A stretch of 53,130 nt of DNA, the filler included, from Jimgerdemannia flammicorona (Eukaryota), in the NCBI GenBank assembly GCA_003990765.1. It is 3 parts of 3 records of this genome, joined end to end, with 100 filler letters (N's around TTAATTAATTAA, not from the genome) between each part and the next. Parts side by side here need not be neighbours in the genome. Positions count along the whole stretch, not along the records: positions 35,490 to 53,130 come from RBNJ01002463.1; 2 more parts are not named here. One strand, given 5' to 3'. Position numbers and translations under genes: made by a program. Positions 36,638 through 50,319 of this stretch are shown here, piece by piece; positions within the stretch are counted from its first letter, which is position 1, and each line of letters opens with the position of its first letter. The notes beneath the pieces were generated by a model. That model saw only the letters and a program-made list of their open reading frames with translations, was not told where the DNA came from and did not search any database.

Positions 36638-39600
36638 TGATAACTATATATATCTATAATAATTTATTATATAACAATAAGCTACTAGAAATAACAATAG
36701 AATTTCCAATATAGTATATAGTCAAAGATAATATATATATATAGTATAATTATATATATATATCTAATATATCATATTTAGCTATAGTTCTAAATTTATA
36801 TAAATATCCTCTATACTAAGTATATTATAATCTCAGTTCTATTTTCTCTATAACAGTTCTAGTTTTTTTAAGAGAAAGTGACTAAGTTTTGGTAATTCTG
36901 ACAGATCTAAAGTAGCTCAAAGAGATACTTATAGTTTAAGTATTCTTGAAGGATTTCTAAGAGAAAATATTCTAAGCTTTATTTAAGTAAAGAATAAGGA
37001 TATTTATATAGAATCTGAAAAAAAGATCTGAAAGGATCTAAGAAAGAAGAAAAAAGTCAAGAAATAAGTTTTTAGTAAAGATGACTAATAGAATTCTACA
37101 ATATTCCAAAAGATTCTATGACTAGTTAAGATAAAATACTTAGTATCAAGAAAAGACAAGAATATTATAAAGATGTCTTGATATCAAGAAAAGATTTTTA
37201 GATATTCAGAAGATATTGGAATATAGTAGAATATTCAGAAAAGGACAAGAAAAGACTAGAAAAAAAGTATAAAAAAGTACTAAGATTAAGATATAACTGT
37301 GAAATTATTATATTCCTCTCTTTTTAAGAACTAATATTCTTATTAAATTCTTAGATAATATAAAACTAAATATACTTAATCAAAATTTCTCAAACTTATA
37401 TTAGTATATTAGTGGGAACTAATTATTCTTATATAGAGCAGAGAACCTATTATCAGACTAACTAACTAAGAGAGATTGAACTTAGCTAGTAGCTTAATTT
37501 CAGTAGACTTCTTATTCATTAGATATTCTGCTAGTTCTGGAGTTTCAAAGTAAACTTCTGATATATAAAATACCAGTCATTGCTATAGATCATCAACAAT
37601 CTAAGAAAGTTACTATAGAGATTGAATAATATATTTTATCTTAAAGTCTTGAATTAGGTCTTAAGAGTTCTTAAGATTAACCAGTGGTTTCTAGATAGCA
37701 TCATATTTGGGATAGTCCATCCACTTGATTAGGTATTCAGAACAATAGTAGCAAATTTATTTGTTAAGAATTTTCTTAACTTTATACTCAATATGATTTT
37801 CAATAATTATAGAGATAGATAGCTTGGAAATTTAATCAGAGAGTAGTAATAACTGGTTCCAGATCTTAAGATATAATATATAAAAAACTAAATATACTCT
37901 CATGGTTTCAGATAGCTTAAGATAGTAAGAGAAAATAGAGACTTATTTAGTAATCTCAAAGAATCTAATATACTTAGGTTAAAATTTATTTGATAGATAG
38001 TTAACTTGAGATTTTATCTTAAGGTTTTTGATAGATAGTAAGACTTAATTACTAATAGTATATGTGATATTATAGTACTTCTTATCAGTATACTTGGTTT
38101 GATACTATTGAGCTTTCTGGAGATTTATAATAGTAATTTTAAGTAGTTTATTCATTTTGTCTATAAGGTTTTTGATAGTAAGAACTTATATTTGACTACT
38201 TTTCTTAAAGGAGACTGGACTTGCAGATATCTCAGAATCTTAATTATAGAGTAGCTAAAAAGGGAAAAGACTAATAGATGATTAGATAGTATTATTATAT
38301 ATAAATTTTATATAAGTCAAGTAATAATCCTAATTATCTTGTTTATATAAAATATAGTTTCTGAGTATTTGTTCTAGAGTTCTGTTCATACATTTGGTTT
38401 ATCCATCAGTTTGTGAATAAAAGGCAGTAGATATAGCCAGTTGGATTCTCAGAGTTTTGAAAAGAGTTTATCAGAAGTAACTAGAGAACTTTGGATCACA
38501 GTTACTGACAATTACTTATAGTAAGCTATAGTGATAAAAGATGAACTTGAAGAAGATTTTTACAATCTCAGGTATAGTAGTATTGGTAGTAGTTGATTTG
38601 ATACTATAGTCTTAATCAGATAGTCAATAAATATGACAATAGTATTAGTACTAGAATGGATTTGTAATAGTTGAGTTATAAAATCTCTTGTAATACTCCT
38701 AAATGAATCAAATTGAATTGAGGGTCATTCAAATTGAATTAAATTGGGGATTTTTTAATTTGAATCAAGTTTGAATTGAATCAAATTCAAATTAAATTAA
38801 TAGTCCAATTCAAACTCTATTTTCAAAATGTAATAACTTGACTAATACATGTCCAAATTCAATAATCTTTAGCTTGTTAGATTCCCCTATATAAGAGAAA
38901 TCTAACAAGCTAAAGATCATTAAATTTGGATATATATTTGTCAAGTTATTATATTTTGAAAAATAGTATTTGAATCAGACCTCAAATTGAATTAGTCTTT
39001 AATTCAATTTGATCAATTCAATTTATTAGGAGTATTAGTCTCTTGTAACTTATTCAAATTTCTTAGTTGGAATTAATAGTATTTATAGCAAACTAGCTAG
39101 TACTTAATTGGTAGATTTGTTACATTAGTAGAGATTATAGCTAGTAATATAGTTCTTAATTTTCTTAACTATACTTGGTCAATAGTAGTGATGCTGGATA
39201 TTCTTGATAGTTTTTACAATTCTAAGATAACTAGTAAAAGGGGAGTCATAGTGTTCTTATAGTATCTTATAGTATAGATTCATATTATCAAGTAGGTAGA
39301 CTTTGTCTTGATGGTAGATCAGATTGTTCTCAATAGTATATATATCTTTGAGCTTATTCAAGAGACTCTAGTAATGAAGATATCTTCTTTGTAAACTTAT
39401 CTGATTTGGTCTAGAAATTCTAGTACTAGGGTGATATATATATGATTGTGGTAAAGTCTAAATATCTAAATAAGATATCTAGTACTGTAAGTATTTTGCC
39501 AGACTTATAGATGATTATTGAGTTGAAAGTTTAAAGTTTCAGGCTCTACTTAGTTTATAAATATGATAGAGTAGATTGGGTGTTGATATACTTAAGTACT

Positions 39601-39670
39601 TAATGGTCAGTAATGATATCAAACTTGATATCTTTTAGATAGTATCATATAGAGGTCACTGAGTTCTTCA
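36638..39670 (-). mobile_element. Chromovirus-type Gypsy 3' half (RNase H, integrase, chromodomain, PPT, 3' LTR at about 36638-37312), heavily mutated
   Basis: Minus-strand relics: FDIITDH*VLKY..YKSGK (RNase H); SNCDPKFSS..LAISTAFYSQTDG*TKYMNRTLEQILRNY (integrase); YLIKWMDYPKYDAI*KPLVNL (chromodomain); purine tract at 37313-37325. Confidence 0.85.
38691..39037. mobile_element. hAT-family MITE, older relative of 19215-19638
   Basis: Decayed TIRs TAATACTCCTAA / TTAGGAGTATTA, 8-bp TSD (A/G)TCTCTTG (38683-38690 and 39038-39045), and the same central palindrome. Confidence 0.9.
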
Positions 39671-39959
39671 AATATATCAGATTCTCTTCAAGGTATATCT
39701 CTTAGACTAATTACAAGTTTGTTATAAGTAAGTTTTTATTAGAGCCTTCTCAAGGTCTTATAGTTCTCAAACTTCTTATCTTTAAACTATCTTATTATAT
39801 CTTAGATTTCTTGCATAGAATTGAGAGTAAGTAAACTTAACTGACTTTATTTTAAAGAAAATAAGAGAGATATTTATACAAAATATAATTCAATAGTTGT
39901 TAAGTTATAAAGCTAAATATAAATTTCAATAACTAAATAAAATACTGGAATACAGAAAA

Positions 39960-41260
39960 CTATTGTTATAAATATAGGTTTAAGTGTCTGTACAAATAGT
40001 TGTATAAGTTCAGGATGTTAGTAGAATTTCAGTAATATAGGAAAAGGATACCAGAAGAATTTCTGAGTTATGCAAGATCAGAATATTAGAAGAATAATAG
40101 TAATATAGAAAAAGAATACTGGTAGAATCTGGTATTACTAAGAACTTAGAGCAGAAAGTTCAAGACTATAGAGACTTCATCTTTATTACTATTATTAAGG
40201 CCTAAGATTAGAGATAGGATATCTTTGAAGGAGATGAGGTCTATGAATATTTTGTCCATCTCATCACATATATTACATATTTTGTATGCTTTGCACATAT
40301 TATATAAAATGACATCATCACTGATGACATTATTACATTTGGTAATAGAGAGAATAAGGAGGTCTGGAGCTCTCCAATCTATGACATTCTCTTCCCTATA
40401 CTGCTAATACTATTCAAAAATAAGCTACTCATTACTGATATATCCTACTAACTACTCTCTCAAGTTATTCTATCTCTCTCCCTCTCTATCTCATGGCTAT
40501 ACTTCTAGATAACCCTTAGAAGTCACTGTATATTTTACACTCTCTCAGCCAATGTTTAAATATCTGTATAATTTCTCTCTCTTACTCTATATTATAACAA
40601 TTCTTATACTCAAAAATCCCTCCTTCTACTAAGTATTCTGATCTAAAGTTCAATATGATATTCTTTCTTAAAATATATCACTATACTACTCAGAACTTTA
40701 GAGAAAGTCACTGCTATATCTCAGTACTCTAAGATCAGACTCTAGCTCAGTTCTATACTCTATTAATACCTGCTAACTACCAGTCTATTGGCTATAGATT
40801 TTGTCTTATCTCCCTTTGATACTCTATATCAGAACTAATATCAAAGTTCATTAGCAGTAAACTACCCAATAGAAATATATCTCACCTTTATATCACAGGT
40901 CTCTATTATACTATTCTCTCATTATTATATCAATATAGACTAATATAGTGAGCTCTCTCTACTACTCTCTACCAGAATTCTCTATACTATAAGTACCTAC
41001 TACTTCTTAGTCTAACTATTAATATCAAATCACTTAAAGAATCTTTAGGAGAGAATCTTGCCTCTCAGACCTTTTGCATCAATAGTATCTATTTTCCACT
41101 CTATAACTCAATAGCTCTCTTCAATCACTAAGCTCTATAATAATATAATCTCTATCAGATCTAAATCTCCTCTATCTACTAGAGTCACTAAAATCTCCCA
41201 ACTTATCTGACTCTGTCTTCTGATCCAAATCTAATCTTTAGCTATCTTCAATAATTTCTT
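39960..41260 (+). mobile_element. Possible further LTR-element fragment (LTR end, PBS-like site, decayed gag-like region)
   Basis: ...ATTACA at 40337 is followed by TT-TGGTAATAGAG, then a C-rich decayed stretch. No clear protein motif. Confidence 0.35.
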
Positions 41261-41333
41261 TACCACATATATCAGAAAGTCCAAGTAATATACCAGATAT
41301 TATAACTTTAGCAATCAGTAGATACATATGTAT

Positions 41334-42285
41334 TGTAATAGTTGATCTGAATTAATAATATAAATCAGAGAAATAGACATTTGATTGCAGTATCTGAATC
41401 TGATTTCCAAATATGTATAGTATAGTCTTACAAATAGTAGTTATTTTACAAATATTAAAGTTTTGATAAATATTACTATTTTTACAAATATCAAGATTTC
41501 ATAGATATTAAGAATTAACACTTATGAAAAGTGACTTATAAGAAATATAGTCATAACTTAGCTATCTTATAATATATAAATCTATATAAATATCCTCAGT
41601 ATCTAGAGTGAATAAACCTCAAGTTAAAAGAGTTTGAGTCTTACTCTGATAGTCTGATGAGATTAGATAAATACTACTTATGTATAATTCTGAGAAGTCA
41701 AGAAGAGTTATGGAAATCTACTATATTTCTCTAGTTATATATCTGCTATATTATAACTTAGTACTTATTGACTAGTAATTTAAGATAAATTTCTCACTTT
41801 CAAGCTGAATAATAAATAATTGATATAATCTATTATCTATACTCAATGAGCCTGGAAGCTATCCTATAATACTGAAGTCTATTATCTATATTCAATGAGT
41901 CTGAAAGCTGTCCTATGATATATGATTTATTACTCCAATTCAAAGTCTATTACCCATACTTGATGAGCCTAGAAGCCATCCTATAATATATAATTTACCA
42001 CTCTATCCTAAAGTCTATTACCTATATTTGATAAGTCTGAAAGCCATCCTATGATACAATTTGCTGTTCTGAAGTCTATTACTCATACTTGATGAGCCTG
42101 GAAGCTATCCTATAATATATAATTTACTACTATCTGACTTTTAAAAAAAGCTACCATCTGACTTTTAGAAGAAGCTGCAATCTGACTTTTAAAGATATAA
42201 TCTATTACTTACACTTAATAAGTCTGGAAGCTATCCTATAATGGTTCTGATTTCTTTAAGAAGAAGCAGCTAAATATGGAAGTTT
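41334..42285 (+). repeat. LTR-like fragment related to the dUTPase-Gypsy LTR, with a ~50-70 bp tandem array
   Basis: TATAAAT...GAGTGAATAAACCTC (41585-41620) matches LTR A 11247-11283. About six units of AAGTCTATTAYCYATAYTYRATGAGYCTGRAAGCYATCCTATRAT at 41825-42245. Confidence 0.6.
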
Positions 42286-42287
42286 TA

Positions 42288-43545
42288 GTTGATCTAAAGT
42301 AGCTCAGAGAAATACTTAAAAGTTCAAGTATTCTCAAAGAATTTCTGTAAGAAAAATATTCTGAGCTTTATTCAGACAGAGAATAAGGATATTTACATAT
42401 GATCTGAAAGAAAGATTCAGAAGGATCTTGGAAAGAAAGAGAAATGCCAAGAAATAGATTCTTGATAAAGATAATTAATATGATTCTATAATGTTCCAAA
42501 AGGTTCTATGACTAGCTAAAATAAGATGCTTGGTGCTAAGAAAAGACAAGAGTGTTCTAGTAGTGTCTAGGCACTAAGAGAAGGTTTCTAAGCAAGTAGA
42601 CAGTGGTAGAATATAGTAGAATATTCAAGAAATGATAGGAAAAGGTTAACTAAAAGATGCAAAAATATACTAAGACTAAATATAATTGTGAAATTATTAC
42701 ATCTCTCCCTTCTTAAGAACTAATATCCTCATTGAGTTCTTAGATAATATAAGACTAGATATACTTAATTAAAATTTCTCAAACTTATATCAGTATATTG
42801 ATAGGAATTGGCCATTCTTATATAGAGCAGAGGGTCTATTATCAGACTAATCAACTGGGAGGGATTCAAACCCAGCTAGTAGCTTTATTTTGATAGACTT
42901 TTTTGTTTATTAAATATTCTGCTAGTTCTGGGATCTCAAAGTAAACTTCCAATATATAAGGTACTGATCATTGCTATAGGTCATCAACAATCTAAGGAAG
43001 TTATTACAGGAATTGAGTAATGTGTTTTATCTCAAAGTCTTGAACTAGATCTTGAGAGTTCTTGAGGTTGATCAGTAGTTTCCAAATAACATCATATTCA
43101 GGGTAGTCTATCTACTTGACTAGATATTTAGCAGATTCATTTGTTGAGAATTTTCTCAGCTTTATACTTGATATAGTCTTCAATAATCACAGGGGCAGAT
43201 AGTTTGGAAATTTGACCAAAGTAGAGCAGTAACTGATTCCAGGTCTTGAGATATGATATATAAAAGACTAGATATACTCTTATGGTTTCAGGTAGCTTGA
43301 GGTGGTAGGAGGATACAGAGACTTGCTCAGTGATCTTGAAAGGTCTAATATACTTGGGTTAGAACTTGTTCAATAGGCAGTTGACTTGAGATTATATCTT
43401 GAGATTCTTGGTAGATAGTAGGACTTGATCTCTAAAAGTATAAGTGATATCATGGTATTTCTTATCAACATACTTAGCTTAATACTGTTGAGATTTTTGA
43501 AGATTCATGGTAGCAATCTTGAGTAGTTTATTCATTTTGTCTATT
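42288..43545 (-). mobile_element. Second chromovirus copy (integrase C-terminus, chromodomain, PPT 42702-42714, partial 3' LTR starting at 42701)
   Basis: Colinear with 36905-38165. YLVK*IDYPEYDVIWKLLINL; AAGAAGGGAGAGA followed by TGTAAT on the minus strand. Confidence 0.85.
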
Positions 43546-43825
43546 TATTTCATTTTCTTATTTCATAATTGATATATATTATTTATATAAGGGGACTAAT
43601 TGTGACCTTAGTAGAGACATTGTTACCAGTAAGAAGAGGAGAGTAGAAGTAGTCCAGGATAGAGAGAACCAGGTTCTGGCCACCTTGGCTCTACTAAGGT
43701 TAGGTACTGGATAGCCTGAGGCTACTCTGTTATATGGCCTGACCTCACTTACTTCTTGTCAGGAAATCTGGTGAATACTTTTTACTGTTTATTATATAAT
43801 TATATTCTGAATAAATGAGAATAGA

Positions 43826-43870
43826 AAAAACAAAAAACAAAAAACAAAAAACAAAAAACAAAAAACAAAC
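43826..43870 (+). repeat. (AAAAAAC)n tract, possibly a retroposon tail
   Basis: About six units preceded by AATAAA near 43811. Confidence 0.65.
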
Positions 43871-44375
43871 AGTTTATATTAAGTATAATAGTTGTTTTAA
43901 ATATAAATAATATATTTGCTTATAGAATAAACAGAGCAGTTATATACCAAATTAGTCATATATTCTTAGTCAAATCTACAAACTATTACTTAATTAATAT
44001 ATATAAATATCTCAGTAAATTATATTTAAAATAAATCAGCTTTTAGTTAAATATAAAATATAAAAAGTCTCTCTCAATATATATATTTCTCTTGAGTTCT
44101 TAGTAATGATATATAAGTTACTCTAGTATTTCTAACTAAACTTCAGAAGTCTAACTAACTTCTACCAAACTGAGAACTAGTATATAAATCTAAAAAGAAA
44201 ATTTCTTTAAATCTGAATTATATATAAAAGATTTAGTATATATATAAAAAACCAAGTCTCTTGAGTAATTATGATTATAGAAGAAAAAAACCACCTTTAT
44301 TTTACTATAAAGAAACTGTACTTTTTCAATCTTAGTAAAACTTAATAAAAGAGCAATTAAAAGACTTCTTGATAT

Positions 44376-46920
44376 TGTGATAAGCAAATAGTATAATATA
44401 ACCAGATAATATGAACTCTCAGTATAGCATAGTTATCTATGACCACTATACTTATAATTAGCCAAGAATACTAAATCAGGGTTATTTATCTGTATCCTAC
44501 AGATACACTTATATCCTGCAGACACACTCATATCCTGTAGACACACTCATGTCCTGCAGACACACTTATATTCTGAGGATACATCTAAACATTACTAGAG
44601 ATAGTAAATCTATAATTATCTAGATAGTAACCAGATAGCAACTATAATATATAAAATACCCCAGAGATAAGAGTGAATAAACCTCAGTTCAAATTGAAGT
44701 ACAAACCAAAGAAGTCTCTAAAGATTGAGCATTGGTCTCCTTATTTCTACTCTAGTCTACTTTCCAATATAAAGTCTTGGTTTGCTTACCAGATAAGCCT
44801 GAAGATTTGCTATCAAAGTTCAAGCTGCCACTTAAGGAATAAGCTGCTAATTCCAAGTTACCCATATTCTCAGAGAGCCTTAAGGAATCTTGCTATAAGC
44901 CAGTCTACTAGATGTAACTTCACAGTAATTCATTCATACAAATGAAGTCTATCTTTGATGCAACTTTGCTAAGAAGAGAACCTTTTCCAGTAAGCTGCCA
45001 ATTTAGAAAGAATCTGCTACTAGTTATTATTCTCAAAAGAACTAATTCAGGAAGAATCTGTATCATCCAAGTTATCTGAATATCCACCACCTGAGTTATT
45101 TATCTATTCTCAGTGAGCCCAGTCCAAGAAGAACTCATACCATCTAAGTATTATTCCCAGTGAGCTGAAGCAGAAAAATCTATACCATCCTTTATTTCCA
45201 GCTACTGATTCAGAAGAATCCATACCAAATCAAGTTATGTGTCAAAATTATTTCACTAGAGATTATATACTTTTGGAAATATGACTGTCATATATAAAGA
45301 GATCACTATACTATACAGAGATCATTATACTATATAAAGATTACTTACTACTTAGAAGAAAAACCATTAAATTGCTAGACTATCTCACATAAGGAATCCA
45401 TTTATGCTACATAGAGATTACTGTACTATATAGAGATTATCATACTATATCAAATCATTTACCATATACAAAATCACCATTATACCCAAGAACTCATCCC
45501 AATAAGAAAATCACCAGAATTGCTTACAGATATCTAGCTTTAACTATTATACTACTAAATACCAAGGACCTCAGGATTTATAGAATATTTTGTTGCTTTT
45601 TGACAAAGTAACTAAAGGCTTAAGCCAAACTACATCCATCCTCAACCTTGTAATTTGTCTCTATTGAGCCAGGCATATTACATTTAGAGACTTAACTAGG
45701 AAGATTTTAAATTGATATAACTTTTTAGCTTACAAGAATCCACAGTTAAATTGGATATATTTGATATAATATCAATCTCTGCCACTATAAGAGAACTAGT
45801 TATTATTAGCATTTAGATAGAAAGAGAAGTAATTACCTCAAAACTTGCTAATTATACAGTATCAGAAGAATCCTAACCAGAACCAGAAGCTAGTATAACC
45901 TGAAATCCCCAATCAGATCAATCAGACAACACAGGTAGCCCTGCTGGAAATTTTGAAGAACTTGTCTAAGAACTAGAAGATCTCATTACATAAGTCTGAA
46001 ATCCTGCAGCCAGACATCCCAGAGAGGTTCCACTAGTCTCACCCATTGAACCTTTACAACTAGCTCTTACAGAATTAAAAGTAGCTCCTTTAAGAATATC
46101 TAGGTTCATTTTACTTTATCTAAGGTCCAGAACACTATCCTCAAGATACCCAAGTATCTCCATTTCTAGTAATAGTTCAGAAAACAAATCAGAGTCAGAA
46201 TCTGAATCAGAATCTGGACCAGAACTAGAATTAGAAGAAAGTGATAACAAAATAGCCACCTTATTGCCAACCTTTACAGAATATCCAGAGGAAGATCCTA
46301 GAGAATTCCTTGATGGAATTGAGAGAATTGCAGCTTTATGGAATCTCTCAGATGAAAGAAAAATCACCATCTACAAGACCTAGCTCAGAGAACCAGCCAG
46401 AGAAATTTTCCACCAAATAGCAAGAGACCCACACTCAGAACTAGTAGTATAAATACAAGCAGCAGTATTTTATGAGCTGAAATATGAAGCCATAGTCTGC
46501 TGACTCATTAAAAAATATATAGAAAATGAAACCCACCACAAAGCTCAAGAATCTAAAAGAGAATATATGCAGCTGAGTTTAATGTCACTAACCAAGACAT
46601 CATAGGTCCAATGACTTTTATGAATGAGATTTCCCCAAACATTACCCAGTATGTCTGCACTCTAGATATCAGAAGGTCTGAAGAGCAAGTAGATATAGCT
46701 TAAAAATTCTTTAATATCAGACAAGAAACTACCTAGAGTGACCATGATAAAAAGGATGATAAAGAAGACATTCTTGTCAAAGCCCTATAAGGACTCCTTC
46801 AAGGATAAGAAAGATCTGAAGAAAGAAGGCTAGCCAAAGAAGGAAAGAAGGACAGGAGTGAAATCCAAGACCTTAGTTCTAAGTTGGACCAATTGGTTAG
46901 ATAGATTGAAAAACTCACTA
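44376..46920 (+). mobile_element. Ty3/Gypsy copy D (LTR 44376-45682, decayed PBS, Gag N-terminal half)
   Basis: Colinear with copy A 10844-13648. Carries the 20-bp array at 44490-44580; the PBS has mutated to TAGAGACTTAACTAGGA. Confidence 0.9.
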
Positions 46921-47097
46921 TAATATTTTAGCATAGTTTATTTCTTTTCTTTATCTTTCTTCAATATTCTACAACCTTCTGGTACTTTCCAAATGCTTAG
47001 AAATCCTTTCTTGGTACTGAGCATTCTCTAGTACTTATTTAGTTAGTCACTGATTGTCCTGGAAACTTGTAGAACTTTATTTGTCATCATTTGTCAT
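46919..47097 (+). repeat. Short fragment resembling the chromovirus LTR, interrupted by the hAT element
   Basis: atattctac..gcttagaaa..tttcttggtac..tagttagtca..ggaa..tagaa follows the reverse complement of 42480-42700. Confidence 0.45.
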
Positions 47098-47114
47098 TAG
47101 TGCTCCAAATAAGT

Positions 47115-47500
47115 CAATTCGAATCAAATCTGGATTCGATTCATCACATGATGGTTTGATTCGAATCTCAAATCCGAAGCCATCCGAATCAACTCAGATT
47201 TAATCTGAATCGCCCCATCTGAATCACCCCATCCGAATCACCCATCCGAATCACCTCAATCCGAATCACTCAATCCGAATCACTCAATCTGAATTGCCCC
47301 ATCTGAATCACCCCATCTGAATCACCCATCTGAATCACCCATCCGAACCACCCCAATCCAAATCACTCAATTCGAATCACTCAATCTGAATCACTCAATC
47401 CGAATCACTCAATTCGAATCCTCCAATTCGAATTCTCCAATTTGAATCCTTCAATCTGAATTCTCATCTGAATCCTTCAACCGAATCCTCCAATCCAAAT
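47115..47500. repeat. hAT subterminal repeat array (ATCYGAATCAC-like, 13-14 bp period)
   Basis: atccgaatcacccatccgaatcacctcaatccgaatcactcaatccgaatc..., more than 20 units. Confidence 0.9.
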
Positions 47501-47599
47501 CTTCCACATGACTCATATGCCGGACGTGTCTACAATACAACACACATACATGCATATACACACACATATATACATGCACACACAAACACGCAAACACAC

Positions 47600-50183
47600 A
47601 TGTCGACAGATCAGTCTTCAACAGTTCACAGTACTGATGATGCTTCAAGTCAAACATCTCTGATAGTTCCACACCTTCCATGTAATCCTCACTCCAAAAT
47701 CTGGCAACATTGTGCTAAGATAGGAAATAATGTTGTTTGTAATTATTGCAGGTAAAAAATTAAGATGTACCTATTGACACTTTGTTTTGACACACATATG
47801 ATATTTTTTTAACATACATATGATATTGTTTCATCCACCCCCATGAACTGCACCAGCCAGAAGTTCAAAATGCTTGGGGGTACAACTTCAAACATGAATT
47901 GACACATAAAAGACAAGCACTCTGACAAAATCAAAAAGAATACGGAGACAAATAAAATCGACATCCAAGCTGTAGTGGGTATGTTTATCTGATTGCCTGA
48001 CCATTTCTGTACCAACAATGCCATTTAATCAAAAATATTTAGCCATACTCTTTGGCAGAATTTCGAAATTGACTCATTCGCTGGATTGTATGCACAGACC
48101 AGCCATTCACAACCATCGAGAGTGATCAATTGTATAGCATCTTTGGCCTCCTCAAGCATGATTTATATTTGCCAAGTACCAATACTATTTGCAAAGATGT
48201 CCTGGAGGCCTATAGGAAGGAGCACGACAATCTCTACCAGACACTTCAGGTAAAATAAGGACAGCACTGTGACCTTTGCAAGCTGAATTATATAAAAGAG
48301 TTCACCAATTTAACCTCACATTCAATAAGCAGAATTTGGCAGGCAAAATTTCGTTTATGATTGACACATGGACATCCCCCAATGCAATTTCATTTCTGGG
48401 CATTACTGGTCATTGGATTGATCTCAATTGGCAGCTTAAATCTCTCACCCTTGACTTCGTCAAACTTGCTGGCCCTCATTTTGGAGACAACATCGCAGAT
48501 ACTTTTATTAGTTGTATCTGGGAGTTTGGGATCACTACCAAGATAAAAAAGGGGGGCTTGCCATCAGGTTGGTATTTTGAGAGAGGTCCTAAACCAAACC
48601 AGATTTTATTGATTACTTATTTTCATATAAAATTATCAACCAAATATTTCAAGTACAGATTTTGGCCATTACAATGGACAATGCTACAAACAACTCAACA
48701 TTTTTCCAAGGTTTAGCAGCTAGCCTCAAACAGGAAAACGTGGCCTTTAGTACAGAAAGCTACCGTGTGTGATGCCAGGCCCACGTACTGAACCTCGCTG
48801 TTCAGGACTATCTTACACACATAGACAAAATATCCGAGAGAAGAGGGGCTCTGAGTATAATTTCCAAGCTGCGCAAACTGGTTGTGTTGGTCTGATCATC
48901 TCCACAATGATAAGACAAATTCGCTGCGCAGTGTAGGGCAATCAGTTTAGCCCCAAAAGAGCTTATATTGGACATCTGTATGCATTGGAACTCAATATTT
49001 ACAATGATCCAGCACGTGCTGGAGTTTTCTGTGGTATGCATTCTTTTTTTCTTTGGTCGGCTGAAGCAACTGTTTCAGATAATGGAAGATTTATTTAAAA
49101 AAAAAAAAAAAAAAAAGCCAATAGATTCAATGATGGCTGCCAACAAGGAAATATGGGCTGAGGCTCTAGGTGAAAGTGAGTAGGATGTACTTAGGAATGT
49201 TGTCAGAGTTTTGGAAGTAAGTGGTAGTTGCCCTGGCTCTACACTCATTTTGTCTGCCTCCGTACAATGCAACACCTCACCACATATAACTGCCAGTGTT
49301 TCGATGATTGTACGAAGGATATAGTCAAACAAACGACCCTGACAATAAGCTCTGCGATACTGGTATACAACCTTCTGATTGATCAGCTAGAGGACAAGCT
49401 CGAGGACAGGCTGGAGGGTTGCGGTGATTTATGGTTAAGCTCAGATCAGAGAGACACTGTAGAGGTTGCTCTAAGCAAGCTTAGAAAATACTACTCCCAA
49501 ACAGATACTGCCATATACTCAATCAGTATAGGTATGTTGATGTCAGTGTATGGCCATTACCCCTTCCAAAATAGAGGAAACCCCGCAAAAACTCACTCTT
49601 CTTTTCTTCGAACAGTGCTGGACCCACGCTTAAAGCTACAATACCATAAAGATCAGGGCTGGGAGCAGCACTTCATTGAGAGAACCAAGCTGGCCATAAT
49701 TGAAGTATACTGGAAAAACTATGCACTGCCGCAAGGTTCTGGCCAAAGTCTGGACGAATATGCCGAGGGATCCCTCCTGTCCCACATTTACTTTGGCAGA
49801 AAGAGGAAGAGGGAACCATCAGTGAAAGAGCTGCCATCAATAGACGAACTTACTATTTACCTTGCCAGTGACTGCGTGGTCCTGCTGGAGGGCACAGAGG
49901 TACTCAACTGGTGGAAGGTGGGTTGTCAGGCGGGTGTTGGGTCAATTTAACCCACCAATCTAACCACCGCTCTACCCACTGGGGCATGCAGCTACATCAA
50001 ACAGACTTCCCCAGCCTGTATAGTATGGCTCAGGACTACCTGGCGATTCCTGCCTCCAGCACTCCTGTCGAGTGGATGTTCTCAGGTAGGGTGGACCTCA
50101 TTGCCCCAAAGAGGTGTGCACTGAATGCTGAGATAATCCAGGCATGTATGTGTCTGAAGTCTTGGTGGGGCTCGGGCTGCTAA
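47600..50183 (+). pseudogene. hAT transposase with BED zinc finger and dimerisation domain, multi-intron
   Basis: IWQHC..VVCNYC|intron|GGTTSNMN*HIKDKH (BED finger); WIVCTDQPFTTIE; KISFMIDTWTSPN..FLGITGHWID; ILAITMDNATNN; CQAHVLNLAVQ; HWNSIFTMI; LDPRLKL; LNWWK..FPSLYSMAQDYLAIPASSTPVEWMFS. Confidence 0.95.
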
Positions 50184-50319
50184 AATTCAGCAGGTCTGTG
50201 GATAAGTTGGTTGGCCTTGTGGAATATTTAATATCTTTCAAAATAATAAAAAGGAAAAAAAAACCTGAGGACTCGGCCTGGAGTTTGCAGCCAAAGTAGG
50301 GTGGGGTTAGTGGCAGCGG

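Noticed and set aside
41825..42245. Repeat-spacer-like array resembling CRISPR
   Set aside because: The units are degenerate with related, non-unique spacers, there are no cas genes, and the context is a eukaryotic LTR.
47200..47460. GAATC array as a telomere or iteron
   Set aside because: It directly follows a hAT TIR and is explained as subterminal transposase-binding repeats.
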